Shown here: positions 38,144 to 47,824 of the stretch, in pieces
How positions within the stretch are numbered: position 1 is the first letter of the stretch
Layout: every line of letters begins with the position of its first letter
Source of the DNA: Dehalococcoidia bacterium
GTDB taxonomy: Bacteria; Chloroflexota; Dehalococcoidia; Lucifugimonadales; UBA3495
Direction of reading: 5' to 3'
NCBI GenBank assembly: GCA_965220505.1
Contig: CBDCQE010000001.1
Span: forward strand, 1,519,144-1,583,143
DNA: 64,000 nucleotides
Made by a program: the position numbers and the translations under genes
Notes under the pieces: model-generated
Told to the model about the DNA's origin: nothing
The model's input: only the letters and a program-made list of their open reading frames with translations
The model's database searches: none

Positions 38144-39013
38144 ATGACCACGATAATCGGCGTCGACTTCAGCGGCCATCGGGAAGACCGCAATACATGG
38201 ATGGCGTCGGGGAAACTCACCGGCGACGGTGCGCTGGAGCTGGACAGCGTGCAACCGGTGCGGCGCGACGACCTTTACGTCGCGCTGTGCGATGTGCCGA
38301 CGCCGGCGGTGGCGGCATTGGACTTCCCGTTTGGCGTGCCCCGGGCGTTCGCCGATTCCCTGTGCCGGGAACGTACCTTGAAGGACATGATCGACATCTG
38401 GGGAGTCGTGTCCGCATTGACAGCGCACGAGTTCGTCAACAGGCGGGACGAATTCGTAAACCAGCGGCCCGGGCTGCCACTCTCGGAGCGAGAACCCAAG
38501 CGCGCCGGCGACCTGGCCTACCACCGCGAGAGTTATTCGCCCCTGCATACCGTCAACCCGAACATGCTGCCCATGACCTATGAAGGGATACGCATGCTGC
38601 ATCGGTGGCACCACGAGCGTCCCGACCGATGGCACGTGCCGCCACTGGAGCCCACGGGGCCACCATCTCAAAGGGTCACGCTCTTGGAACTCATGCCGGG
38701 GGCGTTCCTGAAATCGGTTGGACTACCGTACAAGGGCTACAAAAAAGGACGCACCGCGTTGGAAAGGCGCGACGAAATCCTGGGCAGGCTGGCCGAGGCG
38801 TCCGGCGTTGGCTTGCCCAACTTGGACCGCGTCCGCATGGCCTGCCGCGCCAATGACGACTGCCTGGATGCGGTGGTTGCGGCGGTGGGAGCGGCGGCGT
38901 GGGCCAGGGACTCGTCCCAATTTCACCACCCCAACCTCGATGAACTCGCCGATGCTGCGTTGGAAGGTTGGATTTACGTGCCGAGACTCGACGGGCCGGA
39001 CGGCTCAGGCTGA
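38144..39013 (+). CDS. DUF429-like (RNase H-fold) protein
   Basis: IGVDFSG, ALDFPFGVP, LELMP, DDCLDAVVAA, EGWIY. Confidence 0.75.
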   Translation: MTTIIGVDFSGHREDRNTWMASGKLTGDGALELDSVQPVRRDDLYVALCDVPTPAVAALDFPFGVPRAFADSLCRERTLKDMIDIWGVVSALTAHEFVNRRDEFVNQRPGLPLSEREPKRAGDLAYHRESYSPLHTVNPNMLPMTYEGIRMLHRWHHERPDRWHVPPLEPTGPPSQRVTLLELMPGAFLKSVGLPYKGYKKGRTALERRDEILGRLAEASGVGLPNLDRVRMACRANDDCLDAVVAAVGAAAWARDSSQFHHPNLDELADAALEGWIYVPRLDGPDGSG

Positions 39014-39706
39014 CTGACGACCGCGCAGCAGAATCACCAAACCGATGGCGAGGCCGGCGCCAACCAGTTGCATCACGATGAAGATCGGGGCGGAGGCCGG
39101 GTAGATCCCGGCGAAGGTGTCCGAAAACATCCTGGCTATCGTCACCGCCGGGTTAGCGAAACTGGTGGAGGAAGTGAAGAAATACGCCGCTCCGATGTAC
39201 GCACCTACCGCCACCGGGATAACCGCCGCTCGGTGTCTGGGGATGAGAAAGATCACGAAGAGGAGCCCCAGGGTGGCTATGACCTCCGCAAGCCACAGGT
39301 CGGGTCCGCTGCGCACCTTCGTCGACCAGGTGACCGGCGGCAGCGCGAACATCAGGTTTGCCAGGACGGCGCCGACGATCCCGCCAATGACCTGAGCCCC
39401 TACGTAGGCGACGCCTTCGCGAACCGGCCGACCGTGCAGTACGACGTCGGCCAGGGTCACTGCCGGGTTGAAGTGTGCGCCGGAAACCGGTCCAAAGGCC
39501 CAGATCAGCGCCATTAGCGCAAAGGCGGTGGCGACGGCGTTTTCGAACAACTGGAACCCGACGTCGCCGGGGCTAAGTCGCTGCGCGGCGATGCCGCTGC
39601 CGATCACTGCCATCAGCAGGAAAGCGGTGCCCACCGCCTCTGCAAGGAGTCGTCGAGCTAGCGCGGGCAAAGACGACCCCCCAACAAGCAACAGACCAAC
39701 AGCCAT
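39005..39706 (-). CDS. MIP/aquaporin family channel
   Basis: Two NPA motifs (AHFNPAVT, FANPAVT); hydrophobic helices; start uncertain. Confidence 0.9.
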   Translation of the reverse strand: MAVGLLLVGGSSLPALARRLLAEAVGTAFLLMAVIGSGIAAQRLSPGDVGFQLFENAVATAFALMALIWAFGPVSGAHFNPAVTLADVVLHGRPVREGVAYVGAQVIGGIVGAVLANLMFALPPVTWSTKVRSGPDLWLAEVIATLGLLFVIFLIPRHRAAVIPVAVGAYIGAAYFFTSSTSFANPAVTIARMFSDTFAGIYPASAPIFIVMQLVGAGLAIGLVILLRGRQSA

Positions 39707-39893
39707 ACAAAAAGGGCGGAAAATCCGCCCTCTCGATTGGCTCGACGCTTCGCCGTGTCGCCATAGTAGATCATGGTGCGTAGAGTCTACCTGCGGGTCG
39801 GACGACGGTCAACGGCGAGCACGTTGACGCTCCGGGTCGGCGCTTACTATAATCCCGGCTATTACACAGCCAACTGAAGAGGTAGCGGCAGCA

Positions 39894-40196
39894 ATGAACC
39901 TGAAGACTGGACAACGTTACGTGGGCCCCGGCGGCGCTGAGATGATAGTCAGCAAGGCCAGCGGAGAAGGCGACCTGACCGACGGTGACATCCCCCTGCA
40001 GATCAAGGGGGCCGGCGTCGATTTCGGCGGTGCGGCCACCGCCGAGGATGCGCCCGAGGTAACCATGGGCAAGCGGCTGACGTCGCCGGACGGGAGCGTG
40101 TCCGTGTTGATCACCAAGGCGGGCAAATGCGACCTGCGGCTGAACGGCGAGTCGATGGAGTTGCAGGAAGCGAAGCAACTGCCTTCGTCGGACTGA
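39894..40196 (+). CDS. Small hypothetical protein with internal two-fold repeat
   Basis: GQRY...AEMIVSKA..GDL and GKRL...VSVLITKAG.CDL; ends AKQLPSSD; GAGG RBS and terminator. Confidence 0.7.
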   Translation: MNLKTGQRYVGPGGAEMIVSKASGEGDLTDGDIPLQIKGAGVDFGGAATAEDAPEVTMGKRLTSPDGSVSVLITKAGKCDLRLNGESMELQEAKQLPSSD

Positions 40197-40227
40197 CGTC
40201 CCGCCACACCTTCGGGATGCGAAATCA

Positions 40228-40255
40228 GGGCGGGTGAAACACCCGCCCGTTTTTT
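40228..40255 (+). terminator. Rho-independent terminator
   Basis: GGGCGGGTG-AAA-CACCCGCCC followed by GTTTTTT. Confidence 0.8.
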
Positions 40256-40280
40256 GGTCCACAGTGTCCCAGTAGTCGGC

Positions 40281-41351
40281 CTACAGGAAGTGCGGGATCA
40301 CGTACTTCCCGAACATGCGGATGCTGTTCATGATCTTGCTGTGGGGCAGGTTGCCCATCTGCATGAAGCAGAGGATCTGGTCGACGCCCGCCTCACGGTA
40401 CTTCTCCAGGGTCTTGATCACCGTCTCGGGAGACCCCATGGCAAACGCGCCCGAGGCGATATGGTCATCGGCGGTCTTGTCGACGCGCTCCTCCTGGACG
40501 GCGTTGACGGCGAAACGGTAACTCTCGGGCACGTCGCGGCCGGCCCAGGGGGCGTAGAGTTCCTCGGCCTTGCCCACGAACCACTCTCCCTCCCGGGCCG
40601 CGGACTCGTAGGCCTCCTGGTCGGTTTCGGCGACGTGGACCATGCACAGGGCGGCGATGTTGTTGTTGGCCTGCCGTCCGATGGGGTTGGCGTTCTTTGC
40701 CGCATCACGATAGATCTGGACGCGCTCAATCAACTGCTCGTATCCGCCCAGGTTGAAGCAGAGTACGCCCACACCCATGGAGCCGGCTTCACCGAAGGAC
40801 GCGGGTTGGCTGCACGCCATCCACAGCGGGGGATGCGGGTCCTGGACGGGCTTGGGAATCACCGACCGGGGCGGGATGCTGTAGAACTCGCCCGAATGCG
40901 AGAACGGGTCCTCGGTCCACATGCGCGGGATCATCTCGATGGCCTCACGCCATTGGGCTTTGGTGGTCTCCGGGTCGACCTCGAAACCATCCATCTCGAT
41001 AAGCGTGGTAGAGCGACCCGTTCCCAGGTCCATGCGCCCATCGCTGACAATGTCCAGCACCGCGGCCCGCTCGGCAACTCGGACCGGATGGTTGTACGCT
41101 CCGGGCAGTAGCGCCACCGCGTGACCGATCCTGATGCGCTTGGTGCGCTGGGAAATGGCCCCGTACAGCACCTCGGGTGCCGAACAGTGGGAGAACTCCC
41201 GCAGGAAGTGGTGCTCCACCGTCCAGAAATAGTCGAATCCCACGTCATCGGCCAGTTCAACCTGGGCCATTACCTGCTTGTAGCGTTCTGCCTCAATGCC
41301 CGGGTAGTGGGGTTCCGGTACCTGGATTTCGTACATCAATCCGAATTTCAT
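40281..41351 (-). CDS. LLM-class flavin-dependent oxidoreductase
   Basis: WTVEHHF, HPVRVAERAAVLD, GRMDLGTGR, PKPVQDPHPPLW. Confidence 0.92.
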   Translation of the reverse strand: MKFGLMYEIQVPEPHYPGIEAERYKQVMAQVELADDVGFDYFWTVEHHFLREFSHCSAPEVLYGAISQRTKRIRIGHAVALLPGAYNHPVRVAERAAVLDIVSDGRMDLGTGRSTTLIEMDGFEVDPETTKAQWREAIEMIPRMWTEDPFSHSGEFYSIPPRSVIPKPVQDPHPPLWMACSQPASFGEAGSMGVGVLCFNLGGYEQLIERVQIYRDAAKNANPIGRQANNNIAALCMVHVAETDQEAYESAAREGEWFVGKAEELYAPWAGRDVPESYRFAVNAVQEERVDKTADDHIASGAFAMGSPETVIKTLEKYREAGVDQILCFMQMGNLPHSKIMNSIRMFGKYVIPHFL

Positions 41352-41482
41352 AGCGTGTGCTCCTCTGACCAAAGGGTCAGCTTGACGAGTCTGGGGTACG
41401 GCGGCTATCTGGCGCGAATGTTACCACAGGGCGCGAATCGCCCGGCGTAAGACGAGGCGGGCGGGCACTGCGCCGGCTTTTC

Positions 41483-41519
41483 TTGAAATGCCCCTGCGAA
41501 TATATACAATATAGATATT
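41483..41519 (+). promoter_or_regulatory. mazEF promoter with AT-rich palindromic operator
   Basis: TTGAAA-16 bp-TACAAT overlapped by the imperfect palindrome AATATATACAATATAGATATT. Confidence 0.55.
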
Positions 41520-41536
41520 GAAATGGAGGATTCTTG

Positions 41537-41776
41537 ATGGCAGCAAAAACACGGATCGCGACGTGGGGCTCCAGCTTGGCAGTACGCATCCCCAAGCCAA
41601 TTGCCGAGCAATGGGGTGTGCAGGAAGGTTCAGCCATCGAAATAGTGCCGGACGGCGACACCCTGATGCTCAGGAAGCAGGCTTTCGACCTCGCATCTCT
41701 ACTTGACCGCGTGACGCCCGACAATCTCCACGGCGAGGTGGACACCGGGGCGCCGCAAGGGAAAGAGGCGTGGTAG
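41537..41776 (+). CDS. mazE: MazE/AbrB family antitoxin
   Basis: WGSSLAVRIPK...L..LL..VTPDNLHGEVDTG.P.GKE.W. Confidence 0.92.
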   Translation: MAAKTRIATWGSSLAVRIPKPIAEQWGVQEGSAIEIVPDGDTLMLRKQAFDLASLLDRVTPDNLHGEVDTGAPQGKEAW

Positions 41777-42111
41777 CCGACGAATACGTCCCGGGTCGTG
41801 GCGACATAGTCTGGATAAGCTTTACGCCGCAAGCGGGACACGAACAAGCAGGGCACAGACCAGCGCTGGTGGTCAGCCCGCGTGAATACAACGCGGTCAC
41901 CAGCCTTGCCCTATGCTGCCCCATCACCTCTCAGGTAAAGGGGTACCCCTTCGAAGTCTCGCTGCCTTCAACCGGCCCGATTGCAGGCGTAGTGCTTGCA
42001 GACCAGGTGAAAAGCCTGGACTGGCACCCCCGGGGAGCGCGTTTCGGATCCAAATGCAGTAGCGGGGTGATCAGCGAGGTAATCGGCAAGATCGGGACTT
42101 TGCTAGCTTGA
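41770..42111 (+). CDS. mazF: MazF endoribonuclease toxin
   Basis: YVP.RGDIVWISF.PQAGHEQAGHRPALVVSP, CPITSQVKGYPFEV, DQVKSLDW. Confidence 0.94.
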   Translation: MVADEYVPGRGDIVWISFTPQAGHEQAGHRPALVVSPREYNAVTSLALCCPITSQVKGYPFEVSLPSTGPIAGVVLADQVKSLDWHPRGARFGSKCSSGVISEVIGKIGTLLA

Positions 42112-42280
42112 ATGCAATTGACCGCTGGAGCGTCCGAGGTTCCTGCTGCTCCTATTCAATTGCACCTCACGGCGCGGGCACAATCATCCCGTCAATATAC
42201 ACGTGAGCTAAAAGTTCGTCATGCTCTAAGCCAAGCTATTGGCTACAGAACGACGTTTGGATACTACAACATCAAGGTCA

Positions 42281-42823
42281 TCAGCGTAAGTATATTTCAC
42301 ACACATCCCGCATAAGATAATCAAAACGATTCACGATCTTATCAATGATTTCAGCGTTCTGAGCATAAACACTCTTCAGTTCAGCTTCCAAACTGGTTGC
42401 TTCATCTCTCGTAGCCAGTTCGCAAAACCAAACTAATTTAGGATCCTTGCCTCTAGTCTGTACGACCGAACCCCGCCGATGCTCTTGTACACGCCGGCTG
42501 ATATTATCTGTGTGGCCAATATAGTACATCTTTCCTGTGGGGTCCGTTAATCTCAAGATATACGCGAAATAGCCGTCGCAGGCATAGAGTGCCGGTTTCC
42601 AAGCGCCGTTGAATTCTTGCGCAAATCTGGGTCCGTTGGGATTGGGGTAAGTCTTATCGCCGACCGTTGTACCCGGATTGTGGTTCTCAAAACAGGTATG
42701 ACAGTGCTTCGGATATGTCACAAGCCAACCTGTGGCCTCCATATTGGTGACGAAGACATCGTATGGAAACTCAAAATCAATGCCGCAAGTTCGGCACCTC
42801 AGTTGAAGATTTGGACGGATCAT
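42281..42823 (-). CDS. GIY-YIG nuclease with N-terminal zinc ribbon
   Basis: CRTCG..F...PKHCHTC; AYILRL...YYIGHTDNISRRVQEH...E.ELK; low GC. Confidence 0.8.
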   Translation of the reverse strand: MIRPNLQLRCRTCGIDFEFPYDVFVTNMEATGWLVTYPKHCHTCFENHNPGTTVGDKTYPNPNGPRFAQEFNGAWKPALYACDGYFAYILRLTDPTGKMYYIGHTDNISRRVQEHRRGSVVQTRGKDPKLVWFCELATRDEATSLEAELKSVYAQNAEIIDKIVNRFDYLMRDVCEIYLR

Positions 42824-42942
42824 GTTCTCCCCTGTGAATTTGCGAGCGATCACTCATTGACTCGAGCAATCGCTCGCATTTTTTTGACGACATGCCCATC
42901 GGGGCAATCGGCGTTCTTCTCGGCTATGGGCGTTTCGACAAG

Positions 42943-44049
42943 TTACGGCACCAGCATCGCCCTTGTGATCTCCGTCTGCCGTTGGCTCCACTCGGCGGCG
43001 GCGAAGGCTTCGTTGACGTCGGCCAGCGGGAAGGTGTGGGACACCAACCTGTGGAAAGGCAGCCGGTCCTGGTTGCGCACCAGGAAGTCTAGCAGTTCGG
43101 GGAGCAGCGACGGCCGATACATCAGGCTGCCCACGATGTTCTTGCCCTGGAGCAATTTGGACGGGTCGATGGAAGTTTCCTGCCCACGCACAATGTCGCC
43201 TATTTCCACGAAGGTGCCGCCGTTGGACAGCATGTCGATGCCTTCCCGCAGCAGGTCGGCCCGGCCCACCAGCTCCATCACCACGTCGGCGCCGCGCCCT
43301 CGGGTCAACTCGCGGACCCGGCGCACGCGGGTTTCAGGAGTGTTGAATTCCTCGATATTGATCGTGTGGTCGGCGCCGAATTCTTCCGCAAGTTCCAAAC
43401 GGTTCTCCAACCGGTCCAGCACGATCACCCGGTCGGCGCCGCGCTCCTTGGCCATAGCGGTGGCGTGGATGCCCAACCCGCCGGCGCCCATGATGACCAC
43501 GGACTGGCCGTGGCTCATCCCGGCACGCTCCAACCCGGTGGTAACGGTGCCCATGGCGCAGTTGACCGGGCCCAGCAGATTGTCGGGCAGTTCGTCGGGG
43601 ACGCGGAAGAAGGGGTGGCGCGGCGGGAGATACAGGAAGTCGCCGTAGGTGCCGGTGAAGTAGGGCCAGTTGCCGGCGGCAGGGTACTGACGGTTGGCGC
43701 ACCAGTTGGTGTTGCCGCGCAGGCACATGTGGCATTGGTAGCAGGGGAACACGGCGGCGTAGACCACTCGGTCACCTTCTTTTACGTCCGTTCCCCAATA
43801 GTCTGATGTTATGCCATCGCCGAGGTGTTCAATGACCCCGGTACCTTCGTGGCCCATGACGCGCCCAGTTTCAGGCAGCGGATTGTGCTCCTGGGTCTGG
43901 TCACCGCGCCACGTGTGCAGGTCGGAGCCGCATATGCCCGCCTGAGTCATGCGGAGCAGCACTGCCCCGGGTTCGGGCTCGGGAACGTCGTACTCCTCGA
44001 TTTCAAAGGGCTTGCCGTACTCCTTAACGACTACGATGCGTCCTTTCAT
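42943..44049 (-). CDS. Zinc-binding alcohol dehydrogenase (MDR)
   Basis: GICGSDLH, GHEG, CYQCHMC...C, GAGGLG. Confidence 0.93.
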   Translation of the reverse strand: MKGRIVVVKEYGKPFEIEEYDVPEPEPGAVLLRMTQAGICGSDLHTWRGDQTQEHNPLPETGRVMGHEGTGVIEHLGDGITSDYWGTDVKEGDRVVYAAVFPCYQCHMCLRGNTNWCANRQYPAAGNWPYFTGTYGDFLYLPPRHPFFRVPDELPDNLLGPVNCAMGTVTTGLERAGMSHGQSVVIMGAGGLGIHATAMAKERGADRVIVLDRLENRLELAEEFGADHTINIEEFNTPETRVRRVRELTRGRGADVVMELVGRADLLREGIDMLSNGGTFVEIGDIVRGQETSIDPSKLLQGKNIVGSLMYRPSLLPELLDFLVRNQDRLPFHRLVSHTFPLADVNEAFAAAEWSQRQTEITRAMLVP

Positions 44050-44204
44050 GCTGGTCCCTCCTGTCGAGCGTGAAAACCGTGTCGATGGCCGGTATCCTAG
44101 CATACGCCGCAGGGATCAGTAAGGGCGGAATGGTCCCGGCGTGCGCTGTGATACACTGCTGCCAAGAATAAGAAACCGACACGTCGATAGTCGCGGGAAC
44201 AGCC

Positions 44205-44651
44205 ATGAAGATTGCTATCGGTTCCGACCACGCGGGGTTCGAGTACAAGGGGAAATTGTTGTCCCTGCTGGCGTACCTGGGGCACGAGGCCCTGGACTAC
44301 GGCGCCTATTCAGACGAGTCCACCGACTATCCGGAATGGATACGCCCTGTCGCCGAGGCGGTTGCCAGGGGCGAGGTTGACCGGGGCATAGTCCTGGGAG
44401 GGTCCGGCAACGGCGAGGCCATTGTGGCCAATCGTGTGCCGGGGGTCCGGTGCACGCTGTGCTGGAACGCAGAGTCAGCCCGGTTCGGCCGCCAGCACAA
44501 CGACTCCAACGTGCTCTCCATGGGACAGCGGTTGGTTTCGTGGGAAACGGCGCGTGAGATCGTGGACGTGTGGCTGACCACGGACTTTGAAGGTGGACGG
44601 CACCTGCGGCGTATCAACCAGATCGACGAGGACCCGCAACGCCTCACCTAG
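44205..44651 (+). CDS. rpiB: Ribose-5-phosphate isomerase B
   Basis: IAIGSDHAG, DYP, GGSGNGE, RQHNDSN, FEGGRHLRRI. Confidence 0.93.
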   Translation: MKIAIGSDHAGFEYKGKLLSLLAYLGHEALDYGAYSDESTDYPEWIRPVAEAVARGEVDRGIVLGGSGNGEAIVANRVPGVRCTLCWNAESARFGRQHNDSNVLSMGQRLVSWETAREIVDVWLTTDFEGGRHLRRINQIDEDPQRLT

Positions 44652-44686
44652 TAATCCCGAAAAGGAACCGCGACAGGAAAAATCGA

Positions 44687-44706
44687 GGGCGAATGATCAT
44701 TCGCCC
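44687..44706. repeat. REP-like perfect palindrome
   Basis: GGGCGAATGATCATTCGCCC, identical to the core of the copy at 63182-63208. Confidence 0.65.
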
Positions 44707-44732
44707 CCAATCTATCGGAAACAAGCCGGGAG

Positions 44733-45347
44733 TCAGGGGGCCAGGGCCTCGGTAACGCCGATCATACTGTCCCGGCTCACGAGGGCGGCAAGTTCTTCCT
44801 CGCCCATGCCTTCGGTACCTTCCGGCCGACGCGGCAGCACCAGGTAACGCACGTCGGCGGTGCTGTCCAGGACGCGGACCTCCGCATCATCCGGCGGCCG
44901 GGCTCCGAACTCCGCCATGACGCCACGGGGGTCGCGGACCGCGCGGGCGCGGTAAGCCAGGCTCTTGTACCAGTCCGGCGGGCGACCGAGCAGCATCCGC
45001 GGGTAGCAAGAGCAAAGGGTACACACGACCATGTGATGAACGTCATCAGTGTTTTCGACCACGGTCAGGTGCGGTGTTTCCTCGGGAATCGCGATGCCCA
45101 TCTCGGCCAACGCGGACCGGGAGTCGGCCAGCAGACGGGCCTTGAACGCAGGATCGGCCCAAGCGTGAGCGACGACCCGTGCGCCGTCAGCCGGCGTGCG
45201 ACCGTCCATCAGATTCACCTGTCGCTGTACCTCATCGGCAGTGAGCAGTCCCTTTTCCGCGAGCAGGGCTTCAATGGCCACGGAGCGCAGAGCCACCTCA
45301 CTCATGGGCTCGTCGTGGATGTGGTCAACAATGTGGGTTGCGGTCAT
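44733..45347 (-). CDS. Cobalt-type nitrile hydratase alpha / thiocyanate hydrolase gamma-like subunit
   Basis: GARVVA.AW.DP.FK.RLL, VVCTLCSCYPR metal motif, DSTADVRYLVLP.RP.GTEG, RDSMIG. Confidence 0.93.
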   Translation of the reverse strand: MTATHIVDHIHDEPMSEVALRSVAIEALLAEKGLLTADEVQRQVNLMDGRTPADGARVVAHAWADPAFKARLLADSRSALAEMGIAIPEETPHLTVVENTDDVHHMVVCTLCSCYPRMLLGRPPDWYKSLAYRARAVRDPRGVMAEFGARPPDDAEVRVLDSTADVRYLVLPRRPEGTEGMGEEELAALVSRDSMIGVTEALAP

Positions 45348-45431
45348 ATTTCTCTCTCCGATGTCATGCGGGAACTGCTATGGGTCACAACGGATTGTAC
45401 TGGCGGGCAATCACCTTTGGGAATACAACCT

Positions 45432-46535
45432 CTAGTTGTGACAGCCCCGTGCCTCGATTTCCCAAACCGTCTCCACCATTCCGTCGCGTATGCCGATGAA
45501 ACGATCCCACCGGCTGACCATGGCGTCCTGCTGGCCGGGAAGCAGCACTAGCTGATCGCCAACGGCCAGCTCGGCTCCCTCCGCCACCCGGAACACCGTG
45601 CGGTCGGTGTTCATATCTACGGGTTCGACTCCTGGACGACCCTCCACTCGCGGCAACCCCTTCATGCCGCCCACGGCCCGCGCTCCAGCATCGCCGATCG
45701 CCATTCCCGGACGTGGGACACTGATGATGGACGACAGCACCTTGCCAGCCAAGTGAAAATCCTCCATGTATTCGTACGAGGTTTCCATCACCAAGTAGGA
45801 GCCACCCTGGATTTCGGTGACTTCCGGCATATCCCCGGCGATATCGTAGCTCCAGGTCTCGCCCGTCGATACGATTTCGACCGGCAGGCCGTCGGCGAGC
45901 ATCGCTTCCCTGAGATCCAGAACCGGCTGGATGAGATGGTGTGCTTCGGTGGTCCGGTCCTCCAAGTCCCCAGAGGGTTCCGCCATCATCTGGTGGCTCA
46001 TCACGCCTTTCAGGGAGAGCCCGGGCAGCGAGTCAATCAAACGGGCCAGTGCCAGGCCGGTTTCCGCCTCTTGCACCCCGCACCGGACCAGTCCGGTTTC
46101 CTGCTCGATCACCACGCCCAGATTGATGCCCTGTGAGGAGGCGGCCTGGGAAAGATCATGGGCGTTCGCTTCGTTTTCGCACGCGACCAGGATCTCGGCC
46201 TGGTCCGCCAGGGCGCAGAGCCGGGCGATCTTCGGCGGGGCAACAACCTCGCTGGTAACGAACACGCTGGGCACGCCACCCTGCACCATCACCTCCGCCT
46301 CGGCGACCTTGGCGGCGCACACCCCGCCTATTGTGCCGCCGCGCTCGATCTGACGCAGTGCAATGGCAGGGCTCTTGTGATTCTTGCTATGCCCACGCAA
46401 CTTGCTATGGCGATCGCCATAGAAATCGGCTATCACATCCATGTTGTGATCCAGAGCATCCATGTCCAGGATCAGGCATGGGGTATCCAGTTCCGCGATC
46501 GGAGTGCCGGGTTGGGGTTCATGGGTTTGCGGCAT
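45432..46535 (-). CDS. Fold-type III PLP enzyme (DSD1/D-threonine aldolase-like), PLP lysine present
   Basis: LDTPCL.LD, LRGHSKNHKSP, CAAKVAEAE, RCGV, TEIQGGSY. Confidence 0.85.
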   Translation of the reverse strand: MPQTHEPQPGTPIAELDTPCLILDMDALDHNMDVIADFYGDRHSKLRGHSKNHKSPAIALRQIERGGTIGGVCAAKVAEAEVMVQGGVPSVFVTSEVVAPPKIARLCALADQAEILVACENEANAHDLSQAASSQGINLGVVIEQETGLVRCGVQEAETGLALARLIDSLPGLSLKGVMSHQMMAEPSGDLEDRTTEAHHLIQPVLDLREAMLADGLPVEIVSTGETWSYDIAGDMPEVTEIQGGSYLVMETSYEYMEDFHLAGKVLSSIISVPRPGMAIGDAGARAVGGMKGLPRVEGRPGVEPVDMNTDRTVFRVAEGAELAVGDQLVLLPGQQDAMVSRWDRFIGIRDGMVETVWEIEARGCHN

Positions 46536-46603
46536 GGACGTACCTCCGAGGTTCCTGCATCTCTGATCTAAACTTGTCGCGAATATTGATAGGGGAGTTG
46601 GGA

Positions 46604-47776
46604 CTATCCCAGTTGTCCCCGCCCGGCGACCCGCCAGTAGCCCACCAGCTTGCCATCCCGCACGGCGCGGATGTAGTCATACTGATTGACACACAGGGCA
46701 AGGTTATACGGAACCAGGTGGACCTTGTCATTGGGCATCAGCCGCTCGGTGGCCGGTCCCTCCAAATCCAGGATCCCGTGCTCGGCGCTGAACCTGGAAG
46801 CGACGGCGCCCTCGAATGCCTCCAGAACGGGCACACCGAAATCCGGCCCGGTGGTCTTGTGACCGGCGTCTACCACCGCCCGGCCGGCCACGGGATGGCT
46901 GATGACCGTAGCCAGAACACTGGCCGCCGGCTGAAATTCCGGACGGATTCGCAAGGTCTCCATGTCCATCAGGGGATACACGCCAGCCTGTACCTCAGTG
47001 ATCCCCGACAGTTGGGAGACCGTATCGTAGTTGTAGGTGCCGCCCGCGCTTACCGTAGCAATCTCAAACCCGGCCTGCTCCAGGTCGCTTCGCGTGTCCA
47101 GAACCGGCTGCAACCGGCGGCGGGTTTCGGCCTCCAGTTCCCCATGGTCCGCGATGGGCAACGGGCCCTCATAGGTCATGATCCCCTGGAAGGACAGTCC
47201 GGGAGCGTTGGTGACGGTACGCGCCAGGTCAACCACGTCCTGTCCGGGCGCCACACCGCCAAACCCGTACCCGGAGTCCATGTCCACCACGATGCCCAGA
47301 GCGACGCCGGCGGCCTGCGCCGCCTCCGAAAGGTCCTGGACGTTACGGGCGTTGTCCACGGCGACGCTCAGGGTAATGCGGCCGGCCAGGACGACCAGTC
47401 GGCTGATCTTGGCGGCGGTGACCACCCGGCCCGCTATCAGGATGTCGTCAATCGCGCGGTGACGTGACTCAGCCCCAGCGTCATCGGATATATCCTCGCC
47501 GGCGGCAAATGCCTCTGCTTCCGCCAGTGAGCCGACCGCCACGCCACCGGAGTTGTTTGCTGCAGCGAGCTGGAACTGCACTATTTCAGGGCAGCCATGA
47601 CAGGAAACATGAGGACGAACCGAGACCCGGCCCGTGCCTGACCCATCGCCCGAGCCGGCAATTGCGTCGTGCAGGACCGCGATGTTCTGCTCCATCACCC
47701 CCAGATCGACCACCAGGGCCGGAGTATCCAGTTCCTCGGCGGGGGAGCCAATGGGCTGAAATATCGGTCGCTCCAT
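46604..47776 (-). CDS. DSD1/D-threonine aldolase-like paralog lacking the PLP lysine
   Basis: LDTPALVVD, RPHVSCHGCP (no Lys), SAGGT, TEVQAGVY, DAGHK, SAEHG. Confidence 0.82.
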   Translation of the reverse strand: MERPIFQPIGSPAEELDTPALVVDLGVMEQNIAVLHDAIAGSGDGSGTGRVSVRPHVSCHGCPEIVQFQLAAANNSGGVAVGSLAEAEAFAAGEDISDDAGAESRHRAIDDILIAGRVVTAAKISRLVVLAGRITLSVAVDNARNVQDLSEAAQAAGVALGIVVDMDSGYGFGGVAPGQDVVDLARTVTNAPGLSFQGIMTYEGPLPIADHGELEAETRRRLQPVLDTRSDLEQAGFEIATVSAGGTYNYDTVSQLSGITEVQAGVYPLMDMETLRIRPEFQPAASVLATVISHPVAGRAVVDAGHKTTGPDFGVPVLEAFEGAVASRFSAEHGILDLEGPATERLMPNDKVHLVPYNLALCVNQYDYIRAVRDGKLVGYWRVAGRGQLG

Positions 47777-47824
47777 GGTTCATCTACCTCTCAATTGCAG
47801 CAATGGCCGGCAAGATAGCACAAA

